This document shows, in pieces, positions 8,722 to 17,877 of a stretch of DNA of 64,000 bases. Position numbers and translations under genes: made by a program. The stretch's first letter is position 1, and each line of letters begins with the position of its first letter. Where the stretch lies: positions 91 to 64,090 of IMG/VR virus record IMGVR_UViG_2508501067_000008. The stretch is one strand, 5' to 3'. The notes beneath the pieces are model-generated. The model saw nothing but the letters and a program-made list of their open reading frames with translations. It did no database searches and had not been told where the DNA came from. The DNA is from a virus (lineage: Duplodnaviria > Caudoviricetes).

Positions 8722-11700
8722 TCACGGTTTCACTTTCCCGGAGCCCCCTCCCCCGCCAACCTTCTCGGCGATGATCTTCAGGTATTCGTTGGCCCGCCGC
8801 TGGGCCTCGAGCTGGCGCTCAATCGCTGCCCGCACAGGCTCGGATTGCGAGTACCCGCCGCCACCGCCGACCGACTGTATCGAGTCTGCGACTACATTGG
8901 GCGTCTGCGAGACCGCCTCTGCCATCATTTCCTGGCGCCAGTCCTTCGCGGCGTCCTCGCGGGTGAGCCCCATCGATTCATATTCGTTCTGCTTCTTGTA
9001 AAGCCTGTCGAGGTCTTGCATGGCGCGGGCGCCCTTGCGATCCCCGCGCATCGTCATCGCCGTGACAGCCCGTTCAAACTCCCGGTCCTTGGCAAATTCC
9101 CGCCGGGCCTGCCGCTCCTGTTCGATTGCGTTCGTTGCCTCCTTGGCCTGCAAGCTCCCCAGCCCGTACAGCTTCTGCGCAACGTTCAGCTGATCGTACA
9201 AGGCGGCGAGACGGCCCGCAGCTTCGAGCCTGGCGGTGTTCATACCTTTCTTCTTCAGGTCAAGAATCGTGCGTTCCCGCTCGATCTCGTATGCCTTGAG
9301 AGTGCCATTGTACAGGGACTCGAAGGAGCCTCGGTTCAGGTCGTCAGCCCTCTGGCGTGCGTTCTCTACGTTTCCGGATTTACGAAGTGCTTCTTCCCGC
9401 TGGCGGATCAACGGGGTAACCGACGCCGGTTTTGCCTGGTTTTTTGCGACAAGATCGTTCTGGTCGAGGATAAGCTGGTTAATGCGAACCAGCTCACTGG
9501 ACGATGCGCGGAGAATGGCTGCACGCTGCTCCCCCAGGGCGATCAAGCGCTTTTCCGCCCCTTCGGAATCCGCAATCTCCTTCTCGGCTTTTTCAATACG
9601 GGCGGTCAGTTCGGTGAAGAGTCCGTTCGGGTTCTTCCGTGTCGGATCGATTTCACCGTTCGGTAACAGATATTCGCGGTAGTACCGGCTGCGTTCCTTT
9701 TTATCTGCCAGAACGCTATCTCGCCGAGCTTGCACCTCCTCGGACGTAAGACGGCGGCCCCGGGTGTCTGCCATTTCGACCTCAAGACCCGCAACCTGTT
9801 TCCCTTCGGGGCTGCGCTCGAACGCGGCACGACGTTCCCGGATCGTATCCCCTTCGTTCGCCTCACGGGCTTGACGGTAAGCCTCCTCCTGCATCAGACG
9901 GGCACGGGTCAGATCGTCCGTTGAATCCAGCGTCCGCTGGAACTGCGCTTGCCTGGCATTCTCCTCTTCTGCGACACGGGTACGAATCAGTTCTTCTTCG
10001 TCTTTCCCTGGGCCGAGTGCGGACGGATCGATTCGGGCAGCCTGAAGGGCTGTTTCTTTTTTGGCCGCTACATCGTTCTGCAATTCCTGTAACGCAGACC
10101 TCCCGATCCGGTCTTTTACCTTCGACCCCTCCGGGTTGAAATCTATCCTGAAATTACGCAATGCCGCCTGCGCATCGTTCAGTTTGGCGATCGTGTCCCC
10201 CCGGTACTTGCGAAGGTCATCGATCGTGCGGAGACCGCGACGTTGCTCCATCAGCTTTTTGTTCGTCTCGGCGATCGAGTTCGTGAGGGCCTCGTAGGAT
10301 TTGACGAGGGAATCCACTTCCTTCCCCCACTTGTAGGTCGCGTACGCAGCCGCCGTCGCCGCCGTGGCGAAGGCCAGTATCGGATTCCCTAAAAACGCAA
10401 CGGTGGCTTTGACCATGCCCGCAGTCAGGGCGGCGAGCGCACGCCAGGCCAGCTTGAGTGCCCCGGTCAACGTGCCGGTAGCCAGCGCCAGGGCGTATTT
10501 GCCGACAGCGAGCCGACCGGCAGCATCGGTGGCAAGTTTCTTGGCGGCAGCATTCAGAACCGTCGCCCGGGTCGATATGTTCATCCAGATCGACTGTACC
10601 CGGGTGGCGAGGGCCAACTGGTACTGGCCGCGATTGAACGCCCAGGTCGAAACCGCAGCGAGACGCTGCGCACGGTCCAGTGCCTCCGCGGACCGGGCAG
10701 TCGTCAGCCATGCCAAGTTGAGCAGCATCACGTTGCCGACAAACTTCCGGACGGTGCCGTTCAGTTTGGAGATACTCAGCCCAAGGCTGACGATCGTAGC
10801 CGCCGACATCCCGAGAAAAAGGCCCGTCAATGCCTGGCGAAGCTGAATCGCCGATTTTGCAAAGAGGTCCGATGCAAAAACCGTATCCAGGACTTTGGTC
10901 TTCGTATCGACGAAGACATTCTTGACGGCGGCCATGTCCTGGGCGACATCGGCAAGAACAGGGGTAAGGTTACGGGCCGCCTTCGCTAGGATGTCGAGAC
11001 TGCGCGTCTGGGCATCCACAAAGGGTTCCCCGAATGCCCGCTCCATGACCGCCGTCGCTTCATCGAGCCGGGTCTTGTAGTCGTCCAGGGACTTCGCATT
11101 CGTCATGCCTCCCGTCGTGCGCGCAAGCACCTTGTCCACCTCGGCCCACATCTCGGAGAACCCGGCTCCGGTTTGCTCAAGGGCCTCAAGTTTGGCGATC
11201 AGTTCTTCGGTCGCCAAGCCCATGTATTGCATCTGGAAGCTGATCTTGTCGATGGACCGACCCGCCTGAAGCGAGTTGTAGAGTCGCCCGATTTTGTCGG
11301 CCATCTCCGTAATCGGGGTGCCGGTTGCAACCGCCGCGTCCCCTACCTGCTTCATTGCCTTGGCGCCACTGTAGGCTCCCAGCGTAAGGGCCTGAAGAGT
11401 ACGATTGGCCTCCGCAACATCCTCGAACCGGAACGGGGAGTTCGCGGTGAACTTGTACAGTTCCTCGATCCGCTTTTTCGCAAGCGTTGCAGACTTCAGC
11501 AGGGTCTCGAACTTGCCCTCGATCTGCTGGAGTTTCGACATACGGGACAACCCGCGCTCCAGTATCTGGCTCTCCCGGACAATGGTCCGGATCGTCTTGA
11601 GCACACCGAGGAGTCCGCCCGCGAAAAGCGCGGTCGGCCCCAGCAGCTTGTCGAGGGCAGCATCCTTCAGGGCATTGGATGCCGCCTGCATGAAGGTGGC

Positions 11701-11802
11701 GCCCTGCGCCATATCCGCGGCCATGCCGGGAAGGGCAGCCGCCCCCTGCTTGACCTGCTCGTTCAGCCGTTCCAGTCCGGTGCCACCGTTATCTTTTGCC
11801 AT
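8722..11802 (-). CDS. Tape measure protein
   Basis: About 1026 aa, helical and Ala-rich; IEGKFETLLKSATLAKKRIEELYKFTANSPF is a typical TMP N-terminal motif; ATG 11802 preferred. Confidence 0.88.
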   Translation of the reverse strand: MAKDNGGTGLERLNEQVKQGAAALPGMAADMAQGATFMQAASNALKDAALDKLLGPTALFAGGLLGVLKTIRTIVRESQILERGLSRMSKLQQIEGKFETLLKSATLAKKRIEELYKFTANSPFRFEDVAEANRTLQALTLGAYSGAKAMKQVGDAAVATGTPITEMADKIGRLYNSLQAGRSIDKISFQMQYMGLATEELIAKLEALEQTGAGFSEMWAEVDKVLARTTGGMTNAKSLDDYKTRLDEATAVMERAFGEPFVDAQTRSLDILAKAARNLTPVLADVAQDMAAVKNVFVDTKTKVLDTVFASDLFAKSAIQLRQALTGLFLGMSAATIVSLGLSISKLNGTVRKFVGNVMLLNLAWLTTARSAEALDRAQRLAAVSTWAFNRGQYQLALATRVQSIWMNISTRATVLNAAAKKLATDAAGRLAVGKYALALATGTLTGALKLAWRALAALTAGMVKATVAFLGNPILAFATAATAAAYATYKWGKEVDSLVKSYEALTNSIAETNKKLMEQRRGLRTIDDLRKYRGDTIAKLNDAQAALRNFRIDFNPEGSKVKDRIGRSALQELQNDVAAKKETALQAARIDPSALGPGKDEEELIRTRVAEEENARQAQFQRTLDSTDDLTRARLMQEEAYRQAREANEGDTIRERRAAFERSPEGKQVAGLEVEMADTRGRRLTSEEVQARRDSVLADKKERSRYYREYLLPNGEIDPTRKNPNGLFTELTARIEKAEKEIADSEGAEKRLIALGEQRAAILRASSSELVRINQLILDQNDLVAKNQAKPASVTPLIRQREEALRKSGNVENARQRADDLNRGSFESLYNGTLKAYEIERERTILDLKKKGMNTARLEAAGRLAALYDQLNVAQKLYGLGSLQAKEATNAIEQERQARREFAKDREFERAVTAMTMRGDRKGARAMQDLDRLYKKQNEYESMGLTREDAAKDWRQEMMAEAVSQTPNVVADSIQSVGGGGGYSQSEPVRAAIERQLEAQRRANEYLKIIAEKVGGGGGSGKVKP

Positions 11803-12439
11803 TGGCTTTCGCCGACCCGTCAACCGCGACCTGCCGACGCAGACGCTCCAGGTGCATGTCGTCGACAGGGGTGCGGAATTGCAGGTCCGCGCCTTCCAGA
11901 CGGGAGTAAACGGCGCTGTACCAGCGGGCCATGCCCACGGGCATGTTCCAGGCTTCCCCGGGGCTCAGGCCCTTGAGCTGGAGATAGCAGACGGTCTCGA
12001 AATTGCCGTCCACATCATGGGCGCCACACGACACGAGCTTCTTGTCGCTGCGAAGCTCGCACCGGGGGCCGGAGTCATGGTCGCGCAAATATTCGTGGAA
12101 TTTATTGATCTCGACGACGAGACGATACCGGGTGGTCAGCCACTGCCATCGCAGCCGTGATGGCTGGACCATGTCAGGGGCGACAAACCCCGGGTTCCAC
12201 CGGCTGGAACAGATATGGACCGCCTGCCAAAGGGCCTGTGGCGTCACGGGTTTGTCGAGCAGGAGGGGCGACTGGACCGTTTCCAGGAGCAGGATATGCC
12301 AGAACGAGTACGGTGCCAGTACCCGGCCCAGCACCCGGTGCCGGTGGTTCACCGCGGCCTCGACATACCGTGTGTCGTACACAAAAGCGCCCGCCGCGGA
12401 AGGGACGGCGGGCTGACCCGGATTGGGGGAATTGCTCAT
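11789..12439 (-). CDS. Tail assembly chaperone (putative)
   Basis: Synteny between tail tube and tape measure. Confidence 0.55.
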   Translation of the reverse strand: MSNSPNPGQPAVPSAAGAFVYDTRYVEAAVNHRHRVLGRVLAPYSFWHILLLETVQSPLLLDKPVTPQALWQAVHICSSRWNPGFVAPDMVQPSRLRWQWLTTRYRLVVEINKFHEYLRDHDSGPRCELRSDKKLVSCGAHDVDGNFETVCYLQLKGLSPGEAWNMPVGMARWYSAVYSRLEGADLQFRTPVDDMHLERLRRQVAVDGSAKANGKR

Positions 12440-12450
12440 CGGGAAGGCTG

Positions 12451-12828
12451 TCAGGTACCGCCACCACCGCCACCACCGGTGTCGCTGTAGTCGATTTCCG
12501 CATACCCTTCACCTTCGACAGAGTACCGGACAAAATCCTCGTTGGAGTGCGGTTTGCTGACGCTGGTGATGACACCGGAGATGTCACCGAACGTAATCAC
12601 GCCGCCGACCACCGGCGGACTGGCTGCCGCAGCGTAACCTTCGGCGCGGAAAGTGTATTTCTTGTTCCCCACAAGGTGGGCGACTACCTCGCCCTCCTCG
12701 TTCTTCGCGTTGACGTTCGTTTCAAAAGCCTCGCCGACCTCGAAACTGATCAGGGATACGATCCCCGCAACCGCCGCCCCTTCAGGGATTCCGTATGCGA
12801 ATTCTTCACCGTAACGTGTGAGTGCCAT
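12451..12828 (-). CDS. Major tail (tube) protein (putative)
   Basis: 125 aa acidic beta-rich protein (MALTRYGEEFAYG...); synteny; start trimmed to ATG 12828. Confidence 0.65.
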   Translation of the reverse strand: MALTRYGEEFAYGIPEGAAVAGIVSLISFEVGEAFETNVNAKNEEGEVVAHLVGNKKYTFRAEGYAAAASPPVVGGVITFGDISGVITSVSKPHSNEDFVRYSVEGEGYAEIDYSDTGGGGGGGT

Positions 12829-12845
12829 AATGCACCCGGACCCTG

Positions 12846-13289
12846 TCAACCGGTCCGCATGTGAACCCCGACACTCAGGCGAGCCACATCGGCCGTCTGA
12901 CGACCGGCGGAAGTCTCCCCCTGCGTGACGATAGACCAGCCCTTGAGAGCGACACCCTCGTTCTCGAATGCCTGCGGGCAACGACTCAAAGCCTGCAACA
13001 CGTGCCCGAACCACTCCTTCCGGATCGCCGTGTTCTGGTCATCCATGTCGGTGACCAGCGCAACCGCGACGTTGGCGATGTAGATCGGACCAGTCGGAAG
13101 CCTCGGTGTCGCCGTGTCACAATACACGAACACGTGCATTGGCGGGACGGTGGCATCACGATCCGACGCTGCCACAATGGCGATCCGGTCCGGGTCTTCC
13201 AGCGGGCCGTGGGTACGCAGCAAGGCGACAAAGGCTTCCTCGATGCGCAGGTTGATCGGGCCGGAGACTGAAAAGACCGGATTGCTCAT
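12846..13289 (-). CDS. Tail terminator/completion protein (putative)
   Basis: 147 aa, synteny upstream of tail tube. Confidence 0.55.
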   Translation of the reverse strand: MSNPVFSVSGPINLRIEEAFVALLRTHGPLEDPDRIAIVAASDRDATVPPMHVFVYCDTATPRLPTGPIYIANVAVALVTDMDDQNTAIRKEWFGHVLQALSRCPQAFENEGVALKGWSIVTQGETSAGRQTADVARLSVGVHMRTG

Positions 13290-14074
13290 ACCGCAACCCC
13301 GGCCCGGCGGTATTTCTCACGGACTTCGGGGTCAACGCGATCGGGCTTGGCTTTGTTGATGCGGCGCCCGATGGCGGCTCCCGCCAATGCTCCCGCAGCG
13401 GCCCCGTGGAGACCGTACCCCGCGGCCGTAACTCGCGGGATATTCTTCATGACGGTCATGGTCCGGGGCGTGACCCGGACAGGAAACTCTCCGCGTCTCC
13501 GGACCAACTCCTTTCCGATCTCGTTCGTCAGAGCCTTGCCGATCATGTATCCGCCAGCCGCGCCTGCGGCGGCGCCTGCACCGCCCCCCACCAGTCGCCC
13601 TCGTGTGATGTGGCTCTTGCGGGTCAGCCGGTAACTGGCGTCACCTACGGCCTCTTTGTATTCATCGTTGGCGTTCCGGGCGAAATCGATGACCGTTTTC
13701 AGGTCAGCTTTCAGTTGTGCGGTGTTCACGGGAATTACGGTACCCGCGGCCTTCGCGGGTTTTTTCGTTTCGACGACGGGGTCGATGGACTGGATTTCGA
13801 TGTCGGCAGACTCGGTGGTCTTGCCGTCCTCGTCGGTACGGACGGTGTGGTCGCGTAACCGGTATTCAATGACAGCCTTGCCCTTGCGCGGCAGGTCAAT
13901 CTTCTCCTTGCGGTGGATGTAGAGCGTGGGGTACCACGGACCGCGTGGCCTGGGGCTGGCAGGGGCCAGACCGGCACCGCACGAAGAATCGTCACGAGGT
14001 TCCCCAAGATCCATCTTGGCAAAATCGACGATCGTTTTCAGATCAGCTTTCAGTCGGGTGATGTGCGTTTTCAT
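13286..14074 (-). CDS. Virion-associated modular protein with duplicated LKADLKTxxDFA motif and glycine-zipper helices
   Basis: ATG 14074 (ATGA overlap); LKADLKTIVDFAK and LKADLKTVIDFAR; GAGAAAGAAGG and GAAAGALAGAAIG helices. Confidence 0.65.
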   Translation of the reverse strand: MKTHITRLKADLKTIVDFAKMDLGEPRDDSSCGAGLAPASPRPRGPWYPTLYIHRKEKIDLPRKGKAVIEYRLRDHTVRTDEDGKTTESADIEIQSIDPVVETKKPAKAAGTVIPVNTAQLKADLKTVIDFARNANDEYKEAVGDASYRLTRKSHITRGRLVGGGAGAAAGAAGGYMIGKALTNEIGKELVRRRGEFPVRVTPRTMTVMKNIPRVTAAGYGLHGAAAGALAGAAIGRRINKAKPDRVDPEVREKYRRAGVAV

Positions 14075-14403
14075 GTGAGTGGTCCAAGCTGTAGTTCGAC
14101 GGTATCGCCGGTGTAGCCGACATCGGGGTTGTTCCGGACACGGAAGGTTCCACCGGGGATGGTGACGTGGAGCCCCCTGGCGCGACCAGCGCGGGCCTTC
14201 GCGTCCTCCCAGCAGGCGATGCTGAGGATGACCGTGCCCGTGGCTTCCTGGCTGCGGCCCGCCTTGCCGTCGGCAATCGTGTCGGCGAGGTCGAAACCGT
14301 GGATGATGCACGGGCAGGTCTTGCCCGCGATCGTGCAGGTGTCCCCGAAAACGTCGGTGGCGGGCTCGAAGGCCAGACTGAATGCCTCGGTAAAGTCGTT
14401 CAT
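14071..14403 (-). CDS. Head closure / head-tail joining protein (putative)
   Basis: 110 aa after capsid gene; start ATG 14403 or GTG 14415. Confidence 0.6.
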   Translation of the reverse strand: MNDFTEAFSLAFEPATDVFGDTCTIAGKTCPCIIHGFDLADTIADGKAGRSQEATGTVILSIACWEDAKARAGRARGLHVTIPGGTFRVRNNPDVGYTGDTVELQLGPLT

Positions 14404-14415
14404 GCGGTGCGGCAC

Positions 14416-14447
14416 AAAAAGCCCCGAGTCAACTTGTGACCCGGGGC
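14416..14447 (-). terminator. Intrinsic terminator downstream of major capsid gene
   Basis: Minus strand GCCCCG-GGTC..GACT-CGGGGC hairpin then TTTTT. Confidence 0.7.
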
Positions 14448-14473
14448 CGAACAACCGTGACAGGAGGAGAGAA

Positions 14474-15424
14474 TCAGGCCCACTGGGTGGCGATGAGCGT
14501 ACCGGCAGGCTTGCTGATGACCTTCTCGTCCGTGTTGCTACGAACACGGATGCAGTCGGAACGAATGGCCTCCTTGCGGTAGGTTTCGGTGACGAAGACC
14601 GAGCCGCCCGTATCGCCCGTCCAGACGAGAGTGCGACCAACACCGCCTGCGGCAAAATCGCCACCCTGGACGTTGCCGAGGAAGATGTAGTTGGGCTGCC
14701 AGATGTAGCCGAGCACCGGAGTCTGCCCCTTGTCCGCAGAGTCGAAGGTAGCGTCACCGATCAGGACGTTGGGAATACCGAACGCCTTGCCGAGCATTTC
14801 GACCGTGACCTGCTGGCCGCCACCGAGAGGACCAAAGAGGAACTTCGCGAAGAGGTCGGAAACACGGATGCGGTCGAACACGTCGCGATTGAGCACGAGA
14901 GTGTTGGCGTCCTCGCCACGCATCTTGATGCGTTTGATAGCCGCCTGGATGTCGGCGGCAAAATCGACGGTGGCCCGGTTCGCAGCGGTGTAGGGGACCG
15001 TCGAATTGACCGAGTCGAAGTTTGCCGGGTTCTGGACCTTGAACGCAACGCGAGCCTCCATTCCGAGCTTGATGCGCCGGAGAAGGAGTTTGGCGCTGGT
15101 CGCCTCAAGACTGAACGTGTTGGCGACCTCGGCGGCGTGGACGTCGTCGACGTCTTCCTCAAGACCGCGATCCACCGTGCGGTAATTGTCCTTCTCGAAG
15201 GAGCGATCAACCTGCCCGTAACCGCTCTTGGGGGCGCGGGTGGTATCACCCTTCTTGAGCAGCTCCGAGGCCGACATGGTGATCTTGCGGTACTCGCCCG
15301 TGTTACGATCCACCGTAAACACGGGGAACACCTGATTGGCGATGAAGTAGGAATCGGCAGCCTGAGCTTCCTCCAGGACGGAGTTCAGTTCGGGGCGAAT
15401 CTCGGCGGTGGGATTGGTGTACAT
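14474..15424 (-). CDS. Major capsid protein (lambda gpE-like)
   Basis: 316 aa; IANQVFPVFTV...GEY N-terminal motif; follows decoration and protease genes. Confidence 0.88.
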   Translation of the reverse strand: MYTNPTAEIRPELNSVLEEAQAADSYFIANQVFPVFTVDRNTGEYRKITMSASELLKKGDTTRAPKSGYGQVDRSFEKDNYRTVDRGLEEDVDDVHAAEVANTFSLEATSAKLLLRRIKLGMEARVAFKVQNPANFDSVNSTVPYTAANRATVDFAADIQAAIKRIKMRGEDANTLVLNRDVFDRIRVSDLFAKFLFGPLGGGQQVTVEMLGKAFGIPNVLIGDATFDSADKGQTPVLGYIWQPNYIFLGNVQGGDFAAGGVGRTLVWTGDTGGSVFVTETYRKEAIRSDCIRVRSNTDEKVISKPAGTLIATQWA

Positions 15425-15468
15425 TATGAAACGGCTTTGAAAATTTTGTTACGTTTTGTTGCAGTGGA

Positions 15469-15852
15469 TCAGTCGGCCTCGGGGGCGGGGGCGAAGCGGG
15501 TATCGAGGAGCACCTCGATGACGGACCCGGCAGCCGAGGCGGCCGAGAACGTAACGCCCACCGGAGTGGCGTTCGCAGTTGCGGTGCCCTTGCCGTCCGC
15601 GCCACCGTAGAGCGGCATGCCGTAGGCGATGGGTGCATCGACGGTGACGTAGGCGGTGCCCCCCGAGCTCTGGAGACGGACGGAAACCGCCGCGCCCGCA
15701 GCCACCGGGGCTTCAGTGATGCCGACGTGGAGTTCGTCGGCGCCCGCAAGGGTGACCTCCTTGGGGTTGGCGGTGAGCTTCACGCGCACGTAGGCCGGCA
15801 GGGCGACGGCGGCGATGAAACTATGGGTGTCGAGTTTGGAGAAAGTGCTCAT
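15469..15852 (-). CDS. Capsid decoration/cement protein (DUF2190-like)
   Basis: 127 aa, Ala/Gly/Val-rich, between protease and MCP. Confidence 0.75.
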   Translation of the reverse strand: MSTFSKLDTHSFIAAVALPAYVRVKLTANPKEVTLAGADELHVGITEAPVAAGAAVSVRLQSSGGTAYVTVDAPIAYGMPLYGGADGKGTATANATPVGVTFSAASAAGSVIEVLLDTRFAPAPEAD

Positions 15853-15893
15853 GGTGGATTCGTATTCTGTTTCGTTTTGTTGCAGTATCCGGG

Positions 15894-17228
15894 TCAGGCT
15901 TTCTTGAGGCCGCGACGAACGAGGTAGTCGTTGTAGTCCTGCGGGTGAGCGCGGATGACAGCCTCGAACGCCTTCGCCTGGGTGAGCTTCGGGTCGGACT
16001 CGAGTGTCTCGATAACGCGCTTCTCGAAATCACCGGGCTCGGCGGTGCCAAAGTTAACGACAGCGCCGGTTTTGGCTTTGAGCTGCACCGGACCCGCGCC
16101 GTGGCTGACCGCGGCGCCACCGGTTTCGAGCATCTCGTGGAGGAACCGGTTCTGCTCGAGAACGGCGTCGAATTTTTCGGTAATGCCGTCGATGGCGGCC
16201 TGCTGGGCGGCCAGTTCGCGTTCGGCCTTGACCTGCTGGAGCTGGGCGGCAAAGGTACGGACTTCCGTGAGAACCGCCTGAAGACCGGCGGCACCGGCGA
16301 CTTCGCCTTCACCGGCACCTTCACCTTCGCCCTCCCCGGTTCCCTCGTCTTCGCCTTCACCAGCCTGAGCTTCGGCGATGGCTTCGTTGACCTCCTCGCG
16401 AGTGATGCCGAGCGCGGCAAGGTCTTCGTCGCTCATTCCGGCGAGGTCCTCGAGCGAGGGCGGATCGGCCATGAGATTCTGCTGGGACTCGATGGAATCG
16501 AGACGTTCGGTGATCGGGGCGAGAGCCTCGGCGATGGCTTGTTTGAGTTCTTCGGGCGTCATAAGTTTTGCATCCGCAGAACTGTCAACCGGCTTGGCCT
16601 CGAACATCCCGTCGGGGTTTGCTGCCGGGAGCGTCACGTAGTCGACCGAGATCAGCTCCTCGCAGCGGGCGGCGTTTTTGCCGCTGGCGGTTTTTTCCGT
16701 TTTCGCAGGCGGCAGAAAACTGGCACTCAGGCCAACCCCGCGGGGCATGACTTCCGCCACTTCGAGGATCGTGTCTTTCTGCGGATGGGTCTTGAGAAGA
16801 TGCCAGTCTGCCTTGAGCTTCGCGCCGTCGAGGTGGAAGTTGGTGAGATAACCGCACACGGCAGCAGCGCCGGATTTATGGTCGATCTTCACCGGCACCT
16901 GTCCCTTGGTTTCCGCGCAGGTCTTGATCTGGTCGAGCGTGGTGTTGTCGACTTCGAGGTCATGACCCCGGGCGATCAAACCGCTGGTGATGACCGACAC
17001 GCCGCGAATGACAGCGTTTACCTTGTCGACATTCTCCGCGCAAAAATCCGTATGGAAATGGAGGGCTTCGCGGGGGTCGCCGAATCCGGTCGGCGCAACG
17101 GGAACCGGGTTGGTCCAGATCTTGCGAAGAATTTTTCCGCTCACAACACCCCGGGCGGCAAACGAACCGTCGGACGAACGGAGCCGGGGTTTGGGCGGGA
17201 GAGCAGGCTTGGCAGGCTTGATGGGCAT
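15894..17228 (-). CDS. Prohead protease fused to scaffold domain
   Basis: Protease-like N-half (IDH, GLSASF, SVDYVTLPAANPDGMF) and acidic coiled-coil C-half. Confidence 0.82.
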   Translation of the reverse strand: MPIKPAKPALPPKPRLRSSDGSFAARGVVSGKILRKIWTNPVPVAPTGFGDPREALHFHTDFCAENVDKVNAVIRGVSVITSGLIARGHDLEVDNTTLDQIKTCAETKGQVPVKIDHKSGAAAVCGYLTNFHLDGAKLKADWHLLKTHPQKDTILEVAEVMPRGVGLSASFLPPAKTEKTASGKNAARCEELISVDYVTLPAANPDGMFEAKPVDSSADAKLMTPEELKQAIAEALAPITERLDSIESQQNLMADPPSLEDLAGMSDEDLAALGITREEVNEAIAEAQAGEGEDEGTGEGEGEGAGEGEVAGAAGLQAVLTEVRTFAAQLQQVKAERELAAQQAAIDGITEKFDAVLEQNRFLHEMLETGGAAVSHGAGPVQLKAKTGAVVNFGTAEPGDFEKRVIETLESDPKLTQAKAFEAVIRAHPQDYNDYLVRRGLKKA

Positions 17229-17233
17229 ACACG

Positions 17234-17268
17234 AAAAAGCCCGTCAACCGTGGAAACAGCTGACGGGC
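17234..17268 (-). terminator. Intrinsic terminator immediately upstream of protease start
   Basis: Minus strand GCCCGTCAGC-loop-GTTGACGGGC then TTTTT. Confidence 0.72.
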
Positions 17269-17296
17269 CTCATCCTGAAACCCTGCAAACCAAAAA

Positions 17297-17722
17297 TTAC
17301 TTGGCCGGAACTACTTTCCGGTAGGCGGCTCTGGCCGCGTTGGCCGTTGCATCAGCGGCGGTGCGGGCACCCGAAGCGGTGGCTTTCCCGCCTTTCTGGA
17401 CACCGGCTTTCGCGCCCGAGTAGGCATTGACGATGTCGCGGTTGTTGCGACGGGCTCCGGTCTTGAGAGCGCCCAAAAGCCCTGAACCGGAATTGACGGG
17501 CTTGCCGAGAACTTGCTTCTGCCAGCCACGGCCACGAAGCAGGGCAGAGCCGACATAACCGGCGCCACCAAGAGCCGCAGTCCCCGCGACAACCTTGCCC
17601 GCCGTGCGAAGGGCGGACGATTTTTCCTCCTGCCGAGGGTCGCGGGCGAACCCGACACTCTGGAGTTTGGCTTCAAGCTGGGCGTCAAGCTGGACGAGAC
17701 GGGATGTGACAGGATTGCTCAT
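17297..17722 (-). CDS. Basic glycine-zipper protein, possible internal virion protein
   Basis: ATG 17722; AKLQSVGFAR motif then GKVVAGTAALGGAGYVGSALL helix. Confidence 0.62.
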   Translation of the reverse strand: MSNPVTSRLVQLDAQLEAKLQSVGFARDPRQEEKSSALRTAGKVVAGTAALGGAGYVGSALLRGRGWQKQVLGKPVNSGSGLLGALKTGARRNNRDIVNAYSGAKAGVQKGGKATASGARTAADATANAARAAYRKVVPAK

Positions 17723-17877
17723 ATGGATTGTTTTGTTTTGGAGGCTGTCAACCGGGCCTTGCGCCGGAGCTCGGCTCGCGCAACGAGATGGATAATCCGC
17801 CACCCCAGCCAGCAGCCGAGAACAGAGGCTGTGACGAAAACTCCGATCGCAGCAAAAATGTAGAGAACCCAGTTCAT
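17719..17877 (-). CDS. 52-aa single-pass membrane protein (not in ORF track)
   Basis: MNWVLYIFAAIGVFVTASVLGCWLGWRIIHLVARAELRRKARL...; ATGA overlaps at both ends. Confidence 0.6.
   Translation of the reverse strand: MNWVLYIFAAIGVFVTASVLGCWLGWRIIHLVARAELRRKARLTASKTKQSI

Noticed and set aside
11789-12450. Programmed -1 frameshift in tail assembly chaperone (gpG/GT type)
   Set aside because: Single ORF reaching the tape measure; no clear slippery heptamer found
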